In this document: positions 12,616-25,397 of the stretch, in pieces
How positions within the stretch are numbered: the stretch's first letter is position 1
How the letters are laid out: every line of letters begins with the position of its first letter
Source of the DNA: Mobula birostris
Taxonomy: Eukaryota
Assembly (NCBI RefSeq): GCF_030028105.1
Contig: NC_092370.1
Span: 215,370,005 to 215,434,004 of the forward strand
Length of the DNA: 64,000 nt
Reading direction: 5' to 3'
Position numbers and translations under genes: made by a program
Notes under the pieces: generated by a model
Seen by the model: the letters and a program-made list of their open reading frames with translations, nothing else
Databases searched by the model: none
Told to the model about the DNA's origin: nothing

Positions 12616-13148
12616 TGTAACCATCAGGTTTGGCCAGCTGTGTTAATCTAGGGAAAGACGGCCTCCGGCCTGGCCAAACTTGAGAAATCTTGTTTGGGTG
12701 GATGTTGTGTGAGGTGTTCCCCTGTTACAAATCAGTACCTCGAAATAACAGACAGTACACAGTATGTAATTAAACGATTGAGCTTTATAATTTTTAAATT
12801 TGACTATAGGGTTAGTAAAGAAAACAAAAAGGGCCCATTTTCATGGAACAGTCTAATGCGCACATTGGAGCTCACTGTTTTCTCATCTGTTCGTTCTCCA
12901 TCGATTTCCCCTGGGCATCGTCGACTCCCAATCCCATTCCAAGTCCACTCAGTCCTGCAGTGTATGACTCCCCTGTTCTGGCATCTTCTCCAGAATAAAA
13001 GCCCGCAAATCCCTCGCTCTCGGGCACATAAGAAAGAAAACCACTCCCCTCGTAGGACACCGCATATTCCAAAGCCCCTATTATCTCTACCCAAACACCC
13101 TGCTACTACAGAGAAACCACAATAGTGAAACCTTTCCCAGGGCATAAT
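12616..13148. mobile_element. Probable solo LTR
   Basis: GC-richer ~530-bp block starting TGTAAC within AT-rich intron sequence, with no credible coding ORF. Right end and TSD not resolved. Confidence 0.35.
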
Positions 13149-13269
13149 TAGCTTAATTAGTAAGAGCAGACAAACTATGAATTATGTTTTACTGTTATGT
13201 GCAAAATAATATCAAACGTATTTAACTTTATTGCATTACTAGGGTTATTACTCCCAAATTATTTCTTAC

Positions 13270-15285
13270 CTGTTCTGCAGGAGCAGTGTTGGAAAACCTA
13301 GTTTGCTGACTAGTTTCCCTGCAGGTTGAGTTCCTGCACTCCCACGGTAATTTGTTCTTTCCTCGGCCAGCACTTAATACTCTTCTGATTGAGGTATATT
13401 CATCCGAATTGGAGCTGGGTGATCCCAGAGAATGAGGCTCATGATCACCATGATAACTGTGAGCACTCTGGGTTCTTCCACCAGCCAGTAGCCACTCAGT
13501 ATCAGCTCCTAATGGGACATGCATTCCCCTACCATGGGCAGAAGATGGCATTGGTATTGCGTACTCTACAAGTCCTTGAGGAGTTAACTTTGGCAGAGTT
13601 CGCCTTGATAGTCTGGCTTGTATTGCAGCCATTACACCCTCCCCATCATCCTGTAGTTCTACAGCATCCACTGCCTTAATCAAAGACGTCTTGTTGGAAC
13701 CAAAAGACGAAGCTAAAACAGCAAAAGCCTCTAATGCAGCATGCCGAACCTTTTTCTTGGAGTCCGTCAATGTTGGAGCAATTATGTGACAAAGCTTGGG
13801 CAAATCAAAGTCTTCACTTGGAAAAGTCAAGAGTGAAGCTATGACAATATTTAATATTTCCTCCCTAACTCTGGAATTTTTATGTTTTATATTGTCAAGC
13901 AAAATATCAAGTATTTTTTGAGGACGAATCTGCTTCATTAAGCCCATGAAGACTTTCATATATTCCTGCTTTGTGACAACCTTGTTGTCACCCAGCACTT
14001 TTACTGTTGCAGATGTAATGGGCTTGAGATAATTTATCACACCATGATTTAACTTAACTACCAGCAAGTTGATGATTTCTAAAGTACCATGTACAACTTT
14101 AAAATTTGAATCATCAAGCAAAGTACTTAAAAAGCAAACAAAACTCAAAATAGCTGCAGAAGACAGAGCCATAAAATTGAAGCCCTCAATAACAGTTTTC
14201 AGCTCTTCAACAGCATGTGTTCTACTTTTATAATCTTCCCGATCTAGAAGACGAACATACAATTCCTGTGGAATTATTTGAAACTCTAGATTGCTACAGT
14301 CTTTGGAAACTGGTCTGGGAAATTGAGAGACATCTTTAACATTACTGATAGATCTTCCACGAAACCCTGAGTTTGTCCGAAAGTTCTTACTTAACTCGAG
14401 CTCAGGTTCAGCATCTCCATTTAATTTGGACAGTGACTCATATTTTATTTCCAGTAACTTGTTATAATTTCTTCTAAGAGTCAGTGGCAACCGTTTTAAG
14501 TAAGAGTTGAATTCTTCTTCGCCAATATGATGTTTTATATGCCCCATGGCGTCAAAGGCTGATAATGAGTCGTCCACACTGTCATCATTTAGTTTTTTAG
14601 CTAAACAGAGGGTTACATCAAATAAATTGTCACTTTTGAACTCCTTAGTGAGTAAGATGGGTAAAACAATGGTCACAGCTTTCCTAACAGCAGCATCCTG
14701 ACTTTCCAGACCATGCTCTACCAAAGCCCAGAAAACGTCCTTAGCGATGTTAGGGCATTTTAAATAAGCATGCAAAGTCTGCACGAGCTCATTGCGCACA
14801 TTAGGACTGTCATCCCGCAAACTCCGTATAAGGTTGGGCAACACTGCAGACCTAAAGTAATCCAGGTCTGAATCGGACCCTTGAATGATTTCTAATATTA
14901 ACTGAATGCATACCACTTTGACCTCCCCTCTGCTGTTCAGCAGCGCCTCGTTCAAAGCCGAGAAAAGATCCTTCTTGTTGGCAAAGACCAACCTGCCTGC
15001 ATTCTGCCTCACACTGACACGCAGTGCTTTGAGTGCCTCGGTGCGTTTCAGCAAAGCCCGGCTGTTGAGTTGCCGAAGAATCGCATCCTCTTCCATGTCA
15101 AGCGTGGGGCTGGAAGGCGCTGCAGCCGCTGGGCTGCCGTTCCTCCTCACCGACATCACGCCATCCCGAGTACGGGAGCCACCGCCACCCACGTCGCTGC
15201 CTTTTGCACGGTCACCGCCACTCTGGTAGCTGTTCTGTTCACACTGAAACACCGGCGGAAGACACTTAACGACCGAACCTGCCAT
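13270..15285 (-). CDS. TOGARAM1: TOG array regulator of axonemal microtubules 1 (crescerin/FAM179B), coding exon 1 (TOG1 and TOG2 HEAT domains)
   Basis: 672 codons from ATG 15285 to the donor CAG|GTAAGA at 13270 (phase 0). Recognisable crescerin sequence: LLDDSNFKVVHGTLE, KHKNSRVREE, SLLTFPSEDFDLPKL, QARLSRRTLPKLTPQGLVEYA, AGRGKNKLPWE. Remaining exons were not found in the window. Confidence 0.95.
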
Positions 15286-16032
15286 GAAACTTCTCCACAA
15301 GCGACGCCCGGCCGAGTGTCCGCGACCATAAACGCCGCCGTCTCCAGGGCTTCATACTTTTCCCTCTGACGTCATCCAATCGTTTTTATGACATTTGCCT
15401 TCCTGCACAATTAGCTCGCACCTGACATTCCCTCGGCTCTGTCACTCCCCCAGCCTGCCGGTCCCTCACAACAAGCCGCGTCCGTCCCTCCGTCCCTCCG
15501 TCCCTCCGCCCGCGCGCACGCGCACAGCGCCCAAACGCGGCCGCGCGCGCCAGGCTGCTCGAAACAAAATGGCCGTAACCAGGCAAACACAGGTCACGTG
15601 AACGCAACGTAGGGCTCGCCGCAGACCGCTTCCATGGTGAGCGGCGATCGACGCTCCATCCGGATGCGGTGCTGCCCGTCGATGTCATCGAGCGCTCTGG
15701 CTGGCGAATGTAGTTCTGAGATCCTGGTTGGTATGGCGAAACTGTGGGCCGTGAAACTACAATTCCCAGTGTCGCTCTGGGGGAAAAAAAAACAGAAATC
15801 TGCGAGAAGAACCGGATTAAAAATTTGAACAACCAAGAGGAGCTTGTGAATTTAAGCAAGTAAAGTGTTCCGGAATATGAGATTAAAATATTATTCTTCA
15901 TTTTAAACAAAGTAAAATCCTAACCTTTGCCGGAAGTTGCGTAGAGCCCACCTGCTTTGTATTTGTGTTTGATAGGGAATTGGACGGTTTGTTCATCTTT
16001 GGCTTGGCGGTTTTTCACCGTCTTCTCGTTAG
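15100..16032. promoter_or_regulatory. CpG-island bidirectional promoter shared by TOGARAM1 and KLHL28
   Basis: CpG-rich. Motifs: CRE TGACGTCA 15367-15374, CCAAT 15376-15380, YY1-like CAAAATGGCCG 15565-15575, E-box GTCACGTGA 15593-15601, ZNF143/THAP11 ACTACAATTCCCAG 15756-15769, ETS CCGGAAGT 15930-15937. Confidence 0.85.
15930..16032 (+). other. KLHL28: Probable non-coding exon 1 of KLHL28 (5' end approximate)
   Basis: Strong donor AG|GTGAGT at 16032/16033 at the edge of the CpG island. Exon 2 begins directly with the ATG, so a non-coding first exon is needed. Confidence 0.65.
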
Positions 16033-18742
16033 GTGAGTTTGTTTGGATGTGACGTTTTAAAATGTATCACTTTTAATTGTTTTAAATTGAGGTAACTTAC
16101 AGATTTATATGTGATAATAGATGTGCCTGAAATAGGCCAAGGGCCCTTATTAACTCCAATGAATTAGTGGATGAAGTTGTGAAAAGTTAAAAGAGCCTGA
16201 TTGTAGAATTAAGAGTACAGATGCATGATTTGTCTCTTGTATGGTTCAAGTCATTACCACAGTACGAAGTATATATAGTAAATAAGCGCGAGCTGTTGTT
16301 CGGAATTATTTTCTTGAAAACGGGTGTATTTCTGTTTGTTTATTTAACTTATTGTCGAACGTAGAAAAAAACAATAATAAGACTGCTTTGGTATGACATT
16401 ACCAATTAATGCCTTTTACTACAGTAATACTTGTATGAAACTGCCATTCATTCTTGATTTGAAGGCTTTAGATTTTCAAATAAGCGACAACAAAGGGGTA
16501 CAGTATCTACGTTATGTTATAATCAGTTTCGTGGGTGAGAAAAATACTATCCGTCAACCCCAACGTTCTCTCACAAAATAAATCGTTCAAATTTTGATGT
16601 AAAAGATTGTAACTAAAATGTTAATTAGTTTTCATCTGTAATGTGAAAATCTTTCAACTGTTTATGCTTGGTGACATAAAGAATCACAAGCAAAATTCGC
16701 TCATTTTTAACCATTAAATTGTATAATCCTGAAATTTAACACTATGGTTTTAGTTAGATATGGTTGAAAAATGGATTACTCCCAAATGTTCATCTGCCAT
16801 ACAGAGAAATGATTTAAAATTTATCAACCATTTCTAAAGGATCAGTGTTACTTCTAAACCAGAATTCCTGCAGAATCTTGAGTATGCTGATCATTAAAAT
16901 AATTTGTTTATAATATATTGCACATTTTCCCTTTAACTGCTTGGGTTTCCTCACAAAGATGTGTAAGTTTGTAGGTTAATTGGCCTCTGTAAGCTGCACA
17001 CAGTGGGCTGCTGCATGGTAAAATCACGGGCGGGGGTGGGGGGGACTGGTGAGAATATGGGACGATCTATTTTGTTGATAATTTTGACTCAGTGGATCAA
17101 AGAGCTTGTTACCATGCTGTTTCCTTCCCTATAATGAAGGAATATAAGTTAAATATTATGAGCAAAGTGAGCAACAATGGAACAGAATAGGTAAAGATTT
17201 ATGTACTGTGTAGCCCGTAGAGCATCAGTAGAAGGGCCTCCTTCTGTTTTGTATAACTCGAACTGTCTGGTTAAATGATGGGATCCTGAGGTGTAACTGT
17301 TCAGTAATTCAATAAACAACCCCAAATCGCTTATTTAATTGGCACCTGTGAATATAAATCTGCTACATTCATGTACCATAGCTGCAGCATATACAGTATA
17401 ATCTGTCTTGTACATGGCAGGAAATTAAATGTTTTATTAGCAGAATCTCTCAAGCAATATTCAAAAGTCAAAATGGCTGCTTGGCAACATCATGTCTAAG
17501 TTTCTCATCATCCTAATTCGATCTTTATTGTGGCATTTGTTAACTGTTACCATGTCAAAAGTCCAGTTTTTTTTCTGTGGGAAACAAAAGCAGCAGTGTT
17601 TTGAGAAAACAGTTAATCTTCAGTTTCCCAAGGCAGTGGGGTGGAGGGGAAGTGTTGGTGGTGCCACACACTCTAAAACATTTTTGTTTTCAATGTTGGT
17701 GTCTTTAGTTATTGGTAGATGTTTGAGTTAAAATTAAAGTAAAATTTGTTAGTGAAATAATTCTCATTTAAATTTTGTGTATCACCAAGAATAATCTTGC
17801 ACTCCAGTGCTCATTTCGCCGATCAATGAATCCAATTGTGTTCATGCTTAGTTGTTCAAGATCTCAACTTGGTATCTGTTAAAGTTGGGAGATGAATTGA
17901 ATGTTACCGAAAACATCTGTAAATTCATTGAAGTATTGGATAATTGCTGTGCAAATTTCACTGTTTTAATGTTCTTGCACAAGTAGTGTTTCTAGTTATT
18001 TCTACTTTGTAACGGACTTTATTCAGCAAAAGCAGATACGCAAGGGCGATCTAGTGAGAAAAATTATTTGCACTTGAAGTACACAGATATGACACAGATG
18101 ATTAATTTTTCAATAATTTCAATTGCATAGTTTCAGTATTTGGGGGGTGTCAGATGGTTCTTTAAAATTATCATTTTTTAAACTTTTACATTGTGAATAT
18201 TCAAGCATTTTTGTTGGCCAATGTTGATATTCTAAAAGCTGCAGAGGCTAAGCCAAAACATCAAGTTTGTCACAGTACCTTGAAGGGTATCTCTTAGGTG
18301 TTTTGTATGTCCATGTATTGACTGCACATCAAACAATGTGGCAAAATAAGCTAATCTGGACCATCTATGAATTTTAAAATGGTGCAAGATATCTGGGCCA
18401 CCTGGTTACAATGCCTAAACCTTCCACTATTCTATAATCATGGTGAATATTTTGATGTTGCCTGATTAACGTAACCCTATTGTCAGTATTGCTTCCAATG
18501 TATATGGGACTGTCTCTGGGTAATCTCATTTTAACAAGCTATTTCTCTTACTAGGATTCCCGTGAACAGGTAATTTGTTCTCTTTACAGACAGTTCTGTT
18601 TGTTTATATAGCTGTCCTTGCAATTTCAAAAATGATTACTACTTAAAGTGTAAGTTTGAAAGTCTATTCATATTTGAATAACCTTGTGGGGGAAAAGTGG
18701 TTTTTTGAAATCCACCAATGCTATAAATAAAACTTCAATATA

Positions 18743-20275
18743 CAAGTGTCCCCCGCTTTTCGAACGTTCGCTTTACGAAACCTCACTGTTACGAAAAAGA
18801 AAGCAGCGCGCGAGAAAATCAGCGTGCAATAAAAGGCAGTGCGTGCCCCGAGCAGCCGCTCTCCCCCGGGTTTGGAATGGCATTGCTTTAACACGTGCCT
18901 GTGAGCAGCCGTTTGCAAGGTGAGTTCTATGGTATCGGAAAAGCCTGAAAGAGCTCTTAAGGGTGTTACACTTAGCATAAAACTAGACATAATTAAGCGT
19001 TTTGATCGTGGTGGACGAAGTAAGGACAAAGTGAGTTTGGCTTGTGGAAGCTGACGAACATGATGTTGAAGAGGTATTGGCATCCCATGACCAAGAACTG
19101 ACAGATGAAGAGCTGATGCAATTGGAAGAAAAAAGGATAACAATCGAAATCGAATGAGTAATGATAAAGTACGACTTTAATTTTGAAAGGGTACATCGGT
19201 TTAGGGGATATTTGCAGGATGGTTTGAGTCCTTACAAAGAACTGTGTGATAGAAAAATGCGCGAGGCTCAGCAGTCAAGCAGGCCTTCCACATCAGCCAC
19301 AGCAGACGATGAATCTCGACTTTCGACATCGAGGTGGGCAGCCATAGGAGGAGATGAGCTGCCTGCTCTAATGGAAACAGATGACGAGATGACACCCCAG
19401 TGTCCCACCACCCCAACCCCCAGGCCACGGACAGATACCGATTCGCGGAGAATGCAACGGTAGCCAGGAGGCACACAGCACATCTTTAAGAAAAAAGCCA
19501 AAATAAACATGCTAATTAATTAGGTGCCGCTGACACGTAATTGTCGGCCCAGATCAGAGACGACGCAATCAGAAATCGGCAGGGATCTAGGCCGACAATT
19601 ACCTGTCAGGAGGCACCTAATTAATTAGCATGTTTATGTCGTCATTTTTCTTAAAGATGTGCTGCGTGCCTCCTGGCTACCGCTGCACCCCTGCATGCTT
19701 CACGGCAATGTATCGGTTGGCGACCTGGAGGGTGGGGGCCACTGCACCACCACAACCTGCGACAACTCAGCCTGACACACCATCATCAGTGTGCTCGGCA
19801 CTGTCGTCCCAATTCCGGTAAGTGATACTACACTGTACATACATTATTTCTACTTTATATAGGCTGTGTATTTTTACGTGTTATTTGGTATGATTTGGCA
19901 GCTTCATAGCTTAAAGGTTACTGGAGAGCGCTTGCGCCGTGTTTTTGCCAACAGCGCTTGCGTGAGATTTTCTGCCGACGGCACTTGTGTGAGATTTTCT
20001 CTACAGAGAACAGTTCAGTAATGATTGTGGAAAAGTATTGCTACTTTATATAGGCTGTGTATTTATCGTATCATTCCTGCTTTTACTATATGTTACTGTT
20101 ATTTTAGGTTTTATGTGTTATTTGGCATGATTTGGTAGATTATTTTTGGGTCTATGAATGCTCACAAAATTTTCCCATATAAATAAATGGTAATTGCTTC
20201 TTCGCTTTACGACATTTTTCGGCTTACGATCCGTCTCATAGGAACGCTCTACCTTCGGATGGCGGGGGAAACCTG
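18743..20275 (+). mobile_element. Tigger/pogo-like non-autonomous DNA transposon
   Basis: TA on both sides, imperfect TIRs (CAAGTGTCCCCCGC… and …GCGGGGGAAACCTG), and transposase remnants (VTLSIKLDIIKRFDRG HTH; EVLASHDQELTDEELMQLEE). Confidence 0.8.
19453..19687. repeat. Long inverted repeat (arms ~103 bp, 28-nt loop)
   Basis: 19453-19555 is largely the reverse complement of 19584-19687. Confidence 0.9.
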
Positions 20276-20947
20276 TATACTCATGGTATGATAAGTGGAT
20301 ATTGGGTTATAAACTTGAGGTTGATTGGCCTTGTGGTGGAAGAAAAATACATTTGCATTGTAAATAGTGCAAGGGAAATTTCTACCCAGGATAAATTCTA
20401 GCTCCAGAAACATTTTTAAAAAGGGTACTGACTCTTGTCTCCACTGCTTCCTTTTCCATTGAAATTGCTGTAGAAATTACTCTAAATCCAGTCCAAGTAG
20501 TGTCTACTGGTGTCAGGCAATGTTTTCCCACCTGCAGTTTGCTGCAGGGTGAAGAAATTGTGGAGAATGCACTAACCTCGCCGTTCATACAGACTTTACA
20601 AGAGCATTTTAAATTACACCAGCCACTTGGAAACAGCAACCAATATTCTTGTCATTGGCACTGGGCTATTAATAGTTGAAAGGAATGAAGGGACATACTC
20701 CATGCAGGAAGCATGATCCTATAATGGAGGCCCCCTGGCTTTGACCTTCACAAAACCACATACTGCTTCAACAAAATTCTCACAGACTGGGTGTTGTGGC
20801 TGCCACGTCCGCAGATGAAAAATGCTTGAAAATCCAAAGTGCCTCTAAGGCTATAAATCCCAAACTAGGGAATATTTTACTTTGATGTGCTGGTTTAGGA
20901 AGAATCTCATTTTTGTGCGTGACATTTCTAGGCACCATTGGCAGGAT

Positions 20948-22350
20948 TCAGAATCAAGGTTAATATCACTGGCATACATCATGAAATTTGTTGTCTTTGC
21001 GGCAGCAGTACAATGCAATACATAATAGAAAAAATGTGAATGGCGGTTAAAAAATGTAAATTTTAATTAAGTAGTGCAAAAATAGAAATTTAAAGAAGTA
21101 GTGAGGTAGTGTTTATTGGCTCAGTGTCCATTCAGAAATCGGATGGCAGAGGGGAAGAAGCTGTTCCTGAATTGTTAACTGTGTGCCTTTAGGCTTCTGT
21201 AACTCCTTCCTGATGATAGCAATGAGAACAAGGCATGACCTGGGTGGTGGGAGTCCTTAATGATGGATGCCACCTTTTGTTTTTTTTTTGTTTTTGAAGC
21301 ATCACTCCACTGAAGATGTCCTGGATACTACAGAGGCTATTGCCCATGATGGAGCTGACTAAGTTTACAACTCTCTGCAACTTATTTCGATACTGTTCAG
21401 TACCCGCCCCCCCCCCCCCCCCCGCATACCAGACACTGATGCAGCCGGTTAGAATACGGTGCACCTGTAGTCATTTGTGAGTGTCTTTGGTGACATAACA
21501 AATCTCCTCAAACTCCAAATGAAATATAGACAGTGTCATGTCTTTTTTGTAGCTGCATCAATATGTTGAGTCCAGGATAGAACTTCAGAGATATTGACAC
21601 CCAAGAACTTGAAGTTGCTCACTCTTTCCTCTCTGATCCCTCTGAGGACTGGTGTGCATTTCTTGTCATGCCCGTTCTGAAGTCCACAATCAATCCTTTG
21701 GTCTTACTGAGGTCGAGTGCAAGGTTGTTGCTGTAACAGCACTCAGCTAGCTGATCTCACTCCTGTATGCGCTCTTGTCACCCTCTGAAATTATGCCAAC
21801 AACAGTTGTATGACCAGCAAATTTTTAGATGGCTTTTCAGCTGTGTCTAGCCACACAGTCACGGTGTAGAGAGAGTAGAGTAGTGGACTAAGCACACATC
21901 CCTGAGGTGTGCCAGTGTTGATTGTCAGTGAGGTAGAGATGTTATTTCTGATCTGCAAATTGTGGTATTGTGCTTAGGAAGCAGAGTAACCAATTGCAGA
22001 GAGAAATACTGAGGCCCAGGTTCTGGAGCTTTTTGATCAGAACTGTAGGAATGAAGGTGTTAAATGCTGAGTTGTTGTCATAAACAGCATCTTGACATAA
22101 GTATTTGTATTGTCCAGGTAATCCAAGGCTGCATGAAGAGCTAATGAGATTGCATCTACTGTAGACCTACTGTGGTGATAAGCAAATTGCAGTGGGTACA
22201 GGTCCTTTCTGAGACAGGGGTTAATTCTAACCATAACCAACCTGCAAAGCATTTCATCATTGTAGATGTGAGTGCCACTGGGCGATAGTTGTTACGGCAG
22301 CTCACCTTGCTTTTGGGCACTTAGTATAATTGTTGCCCTTTTGAAGCAGG
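20948..22350 (-). mobile_element. Rex1/Babar-like LINE, degenerate 5'-truncated copy
   Basis: RT motifs on the minus strand ([23 protein letters not shown]…YVKMLF; ILTGCISVWY). Similar to 47191-48508. Confidence 0.8.
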
Positions 22351-23216
22351 TAGAAGATTGGTTGTCTTAATTGGAGGCATTTTGTGTCATATAAAAGAGA
22401 AGAGGACTCAATATTAGCACAAGGAAATATCTTCAAATAGCTTCAGTCACTTTGTAACATTTTAAATTGTTGGACCTTTATGATCCAAACAGGCCCTGTA
22501 TGCCATTTTAAAATTTTGTAAGTTAAACTTTTTATTAATGTTCTTAACTTTCTACATTCCAATGGAAATGATTCCAGTGTCATTAGTCTGTTATTACAGT
22601 AAAACTCCAATATTCTACTTTCCCATTGTCTGAAGGTGCTGATGGTTCTGCATCATTGAAATTTTCTTTCCTTGGCTTTAAACCTTTTGAACACTCTTTA
22701 AACTAATGTGATTCACTGGTAAGCCTATTATACTGCTGTATTACATCAAAAAAATTAAAAATGTTTGGGAGCAATATTCAATAGTTCAATAAAGTCTGCA
22801 AAATTAAAGTCTTGAGGATACCAAATTAATGTAGTTCACTGTAATTACTAGTTGGATAAGTGCTGCTTCTATATTTTGATATGAGCTGCTTGTGACTAAG
22901 GCCAAGAAGAAAAATAGATCAAATAAGAAAGAAAAAAAAACGTTCATGCTTGAAATCTGAAATAAAAACAGAAAATGCTGGGAGTCTTTACAGTTCTGGC
23001 AGCATCTGTGGAAAGAGATACAGTAAACATTAAGTTGGAAACCCCTAAGTGAATCACTTGCTGATCCCTGGAATATATAGGGATTCTTTGATGCTTTCAA
23101 CTTTCTGAAACCAGACAGACAATATTGTTTTTTTTAAAGTTTAGTGCCTGGCTAATTAAATATATTTGGATATTGGCTTCAAAACTCATTAAAGCTGTCT
23201 CCTCAATTTGGAAATA

Positions 23217-24048
23217 CAGGTGCACATTCCTTTATCCGAAATTCTGAAATTCAAAAAGCTCTGAAAACCGAAGTTTTTTTCACCAACAGCTGACGTCACT
23301 CAGGTGTGATGGTGGCAGCACCAGTAGAGGCCGCCAGACGTCAGTTGTGGCTCAGCGCTCGTACTGGTTACACGTGTATTTGTTGTTCGCTGATATTTTG
23401 TGTTCACTGTTGACTTTGTGTTTAATTTCACTGTGAAAATGTCAAAAAGAGCTGCAGATACCCCTATGGGTAACAATGAGAAAAAGGGAAGGAATCTTCT
23501 CTATCAATAATGCAGAAAGTGGAGTTATTGCAGAAGCTTAATCGTGGTGTGTCTGTGCGGCATCTGACTGAAGAAAATAGTGTCGGAACTACCACTGTAT
23601 ATGATTTAAATAAACAAAGACAAGTTACTGAAGTTTTATAGTGACAATGACAGTGACATTCTACATTTTTTCCAATAAGTCATTTACCATGTGTTTGATT
23701 CAGTTGAAGCTGTATATTTTTATGTTTTATTGAATATTTNNNNNNNNNNNNNNNNNNNNNNNNNNNNNNNNNNNNNNNNNNNNNNNNNNNNNNNNNNNNN
23801 NNNNNNNNNNNNNNNNNNNNNNNNNNNNNNNNNNNNNNNNNNNNNNNNNNNNNNNNNNNNNNNNNNNNNNNNNNNNNNNNNNNNNNNNNNGTCCTAAAGT
23901 TCACCGCATTGAGGCAGGTTAAATAAGGGACTTGAGCATGCATGTTTTTTGGTATCGGGGGCAGAGACGTGGGGTCTGAAATCCGAAAAATTCTAAATTC
24001 CGAAATGCAACTGGCCCCAAGGATTTCGGATAAGGGATTGTGGACCTG
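23217..24048 (+). mobile_element. Tigger/jerky-like DNA transposon derivative spanning the assembly gap
   Basis: TA|CAGGTGCACATTCCTTTATCCGAAAT … ATTTCGGATAAGGGATTGTGGACCTG|TA TIRs. N-terminal HTH remnant QKVELLQKLNRGVSVRHL…TTTVYDL. Confidence 0.8.
23740..23890. other. Assembly gap (151 N)
   Basis: Run of n characters. Confidence 0.99.
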
Positions 24049-24498
24049 TATGCATTTTTCTAATTAAAACATGTTCTGTTACACATAGCTTATTTTCATG
24101 TGACTGAAATGTAAAACAGTATGAGGAGCAGCCTTTTTTGTTTTGCTTTTGAGGGAAGTATCAACGAATTATTATCTGTGACTTTATTTTTTGAATTGAC
24201 GTACTTTGCTTAAATCTTTCAGATTGCTTTTCAATTCTACACATGTGAAGAACTACTTGCCAGAGAGTAAGTCCTTAGTAAGTACAGCTTCTGAATTATG
24301 TTATCAGCTTCAAGATTTTTAATTGCCAATAATATGTTGTTTCAAATGCTATAATGAGAATTTTGCAGTCTATTGGAAATAGTTTTAATTTAAACAAGTT
24401 ATTTTCTCATTTGCACATTAATTTTTATATTAAATAAAATATTGTAATATTTTCTTATTTATAGTTAGGTATTTTGTTCTGATCTCTGATTCACTCAG

Positions 24499-25397
24499 AT
24501 GGACCAGTCCCCTCAGTCCTACATGCTTGCCAATCTGACACATCCGCATTCTGAACAGTTGCTGCAGGGATTGAATCTTCTTCGACAACATCGTGAACTT
24601 TGTGACATTGTCCTCAGGGTTGGTGATGTCAAGATCCATGCCCACAAGGTGGTGCTGGCTAGCATCAGCCCATACTTCAAAGCCATGTTTACTGGAAACC
24701 TTTCAGAGAATGAAAACTCTGAAGTTGAGTTTCAGTGCATAGATGAGACTGCTTTGCAGGCTATTGTAGAGTATGCATACACAGGAACTATATTCATTTC
24801 GCAAGATACAGTAGAATCTCTCCTGCCGGCTGCAAACTTGCTTCAAATCAAACTAGTTCTAAAAGAATGTTGTACATTCCTTGAAAGTCAGCTTGATCCT
24901 GGCAATTGCATTGGTATTTCTCGGTTTGCTGAAACGTATGGTTGTCATGACTTGTACCTTGCTGCCAACAAGTACATTTGTCAGAATTTTGAAGATGTAT
25001 GCAAGACTGAAGAATTTTTTGAGTTGAACCACACAGAGTTGGATGAAATAATCTCAAATGACTGCCTGAATGTTGTGACGGAGGAATCTGTTTTTTATGC
25101 ATTAGAGTCATGGATTAAATATGATGTGCAAGAAAGACAAAAATACCTAGCACAGCTGTTGCACTGTGTTCGACTGCCATTATTAAGTGTAAAATTTCTG
25201 ACAAGGTTATATGAAGCAAATCAGCTAATTCGTGATGAACATACCTGCAAGCACCTTCTAAATGAAGCCCTTAAATATCATTTTATGCCAGAGCACAGAT
25301 TTTCCCATCAGACTGAGTTATTGACACGACCACGTTGTGCCCCCAAAGTACTTTGTGCTGTTGGTGGAAAAACTGGATTGTTCGCAACATTAGACAG
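24499..25397 (+). CDS. KLHL28: Kelch-like protein 28, first coding exon (BTB, BACK, start of Kelch)
   Basis: Acceptor CAG immediately before the ATG. BTB (LCDIVLRVGDVKIHAHKVVLASISPYFKAMF) and BACK domains. Donor AG|GTGAGT; 899 nt, phase 2. Confidence 0.96.

Noticed and set aside
13228-13269. C-terminal VRNNLGVITLVMQ of the 690-aa ORF
   Set aside because: Read-through past the GTAAGA donor into intron 1.
15286-15300. ORF-track start MWRSF for TOGARAM1
   Set aside because: It is a TTG codon; the first in-frame ATG is at 15285.
15386-15910. Several 60-174-aa ORFs in the bidirectional promoter
   Set aside because: Typical spurious ORFs of CpG islands, with no motifs.
23680-23943. ORFs containing X runs
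   Set aside because: Artefacts of the N gap.
24430-25111. Antisense ORFs over KLHL28 exon (similarly 31971-32483 and 54651-55109)
   Set aside because: Shadows of real coding exons on the opposite strand.
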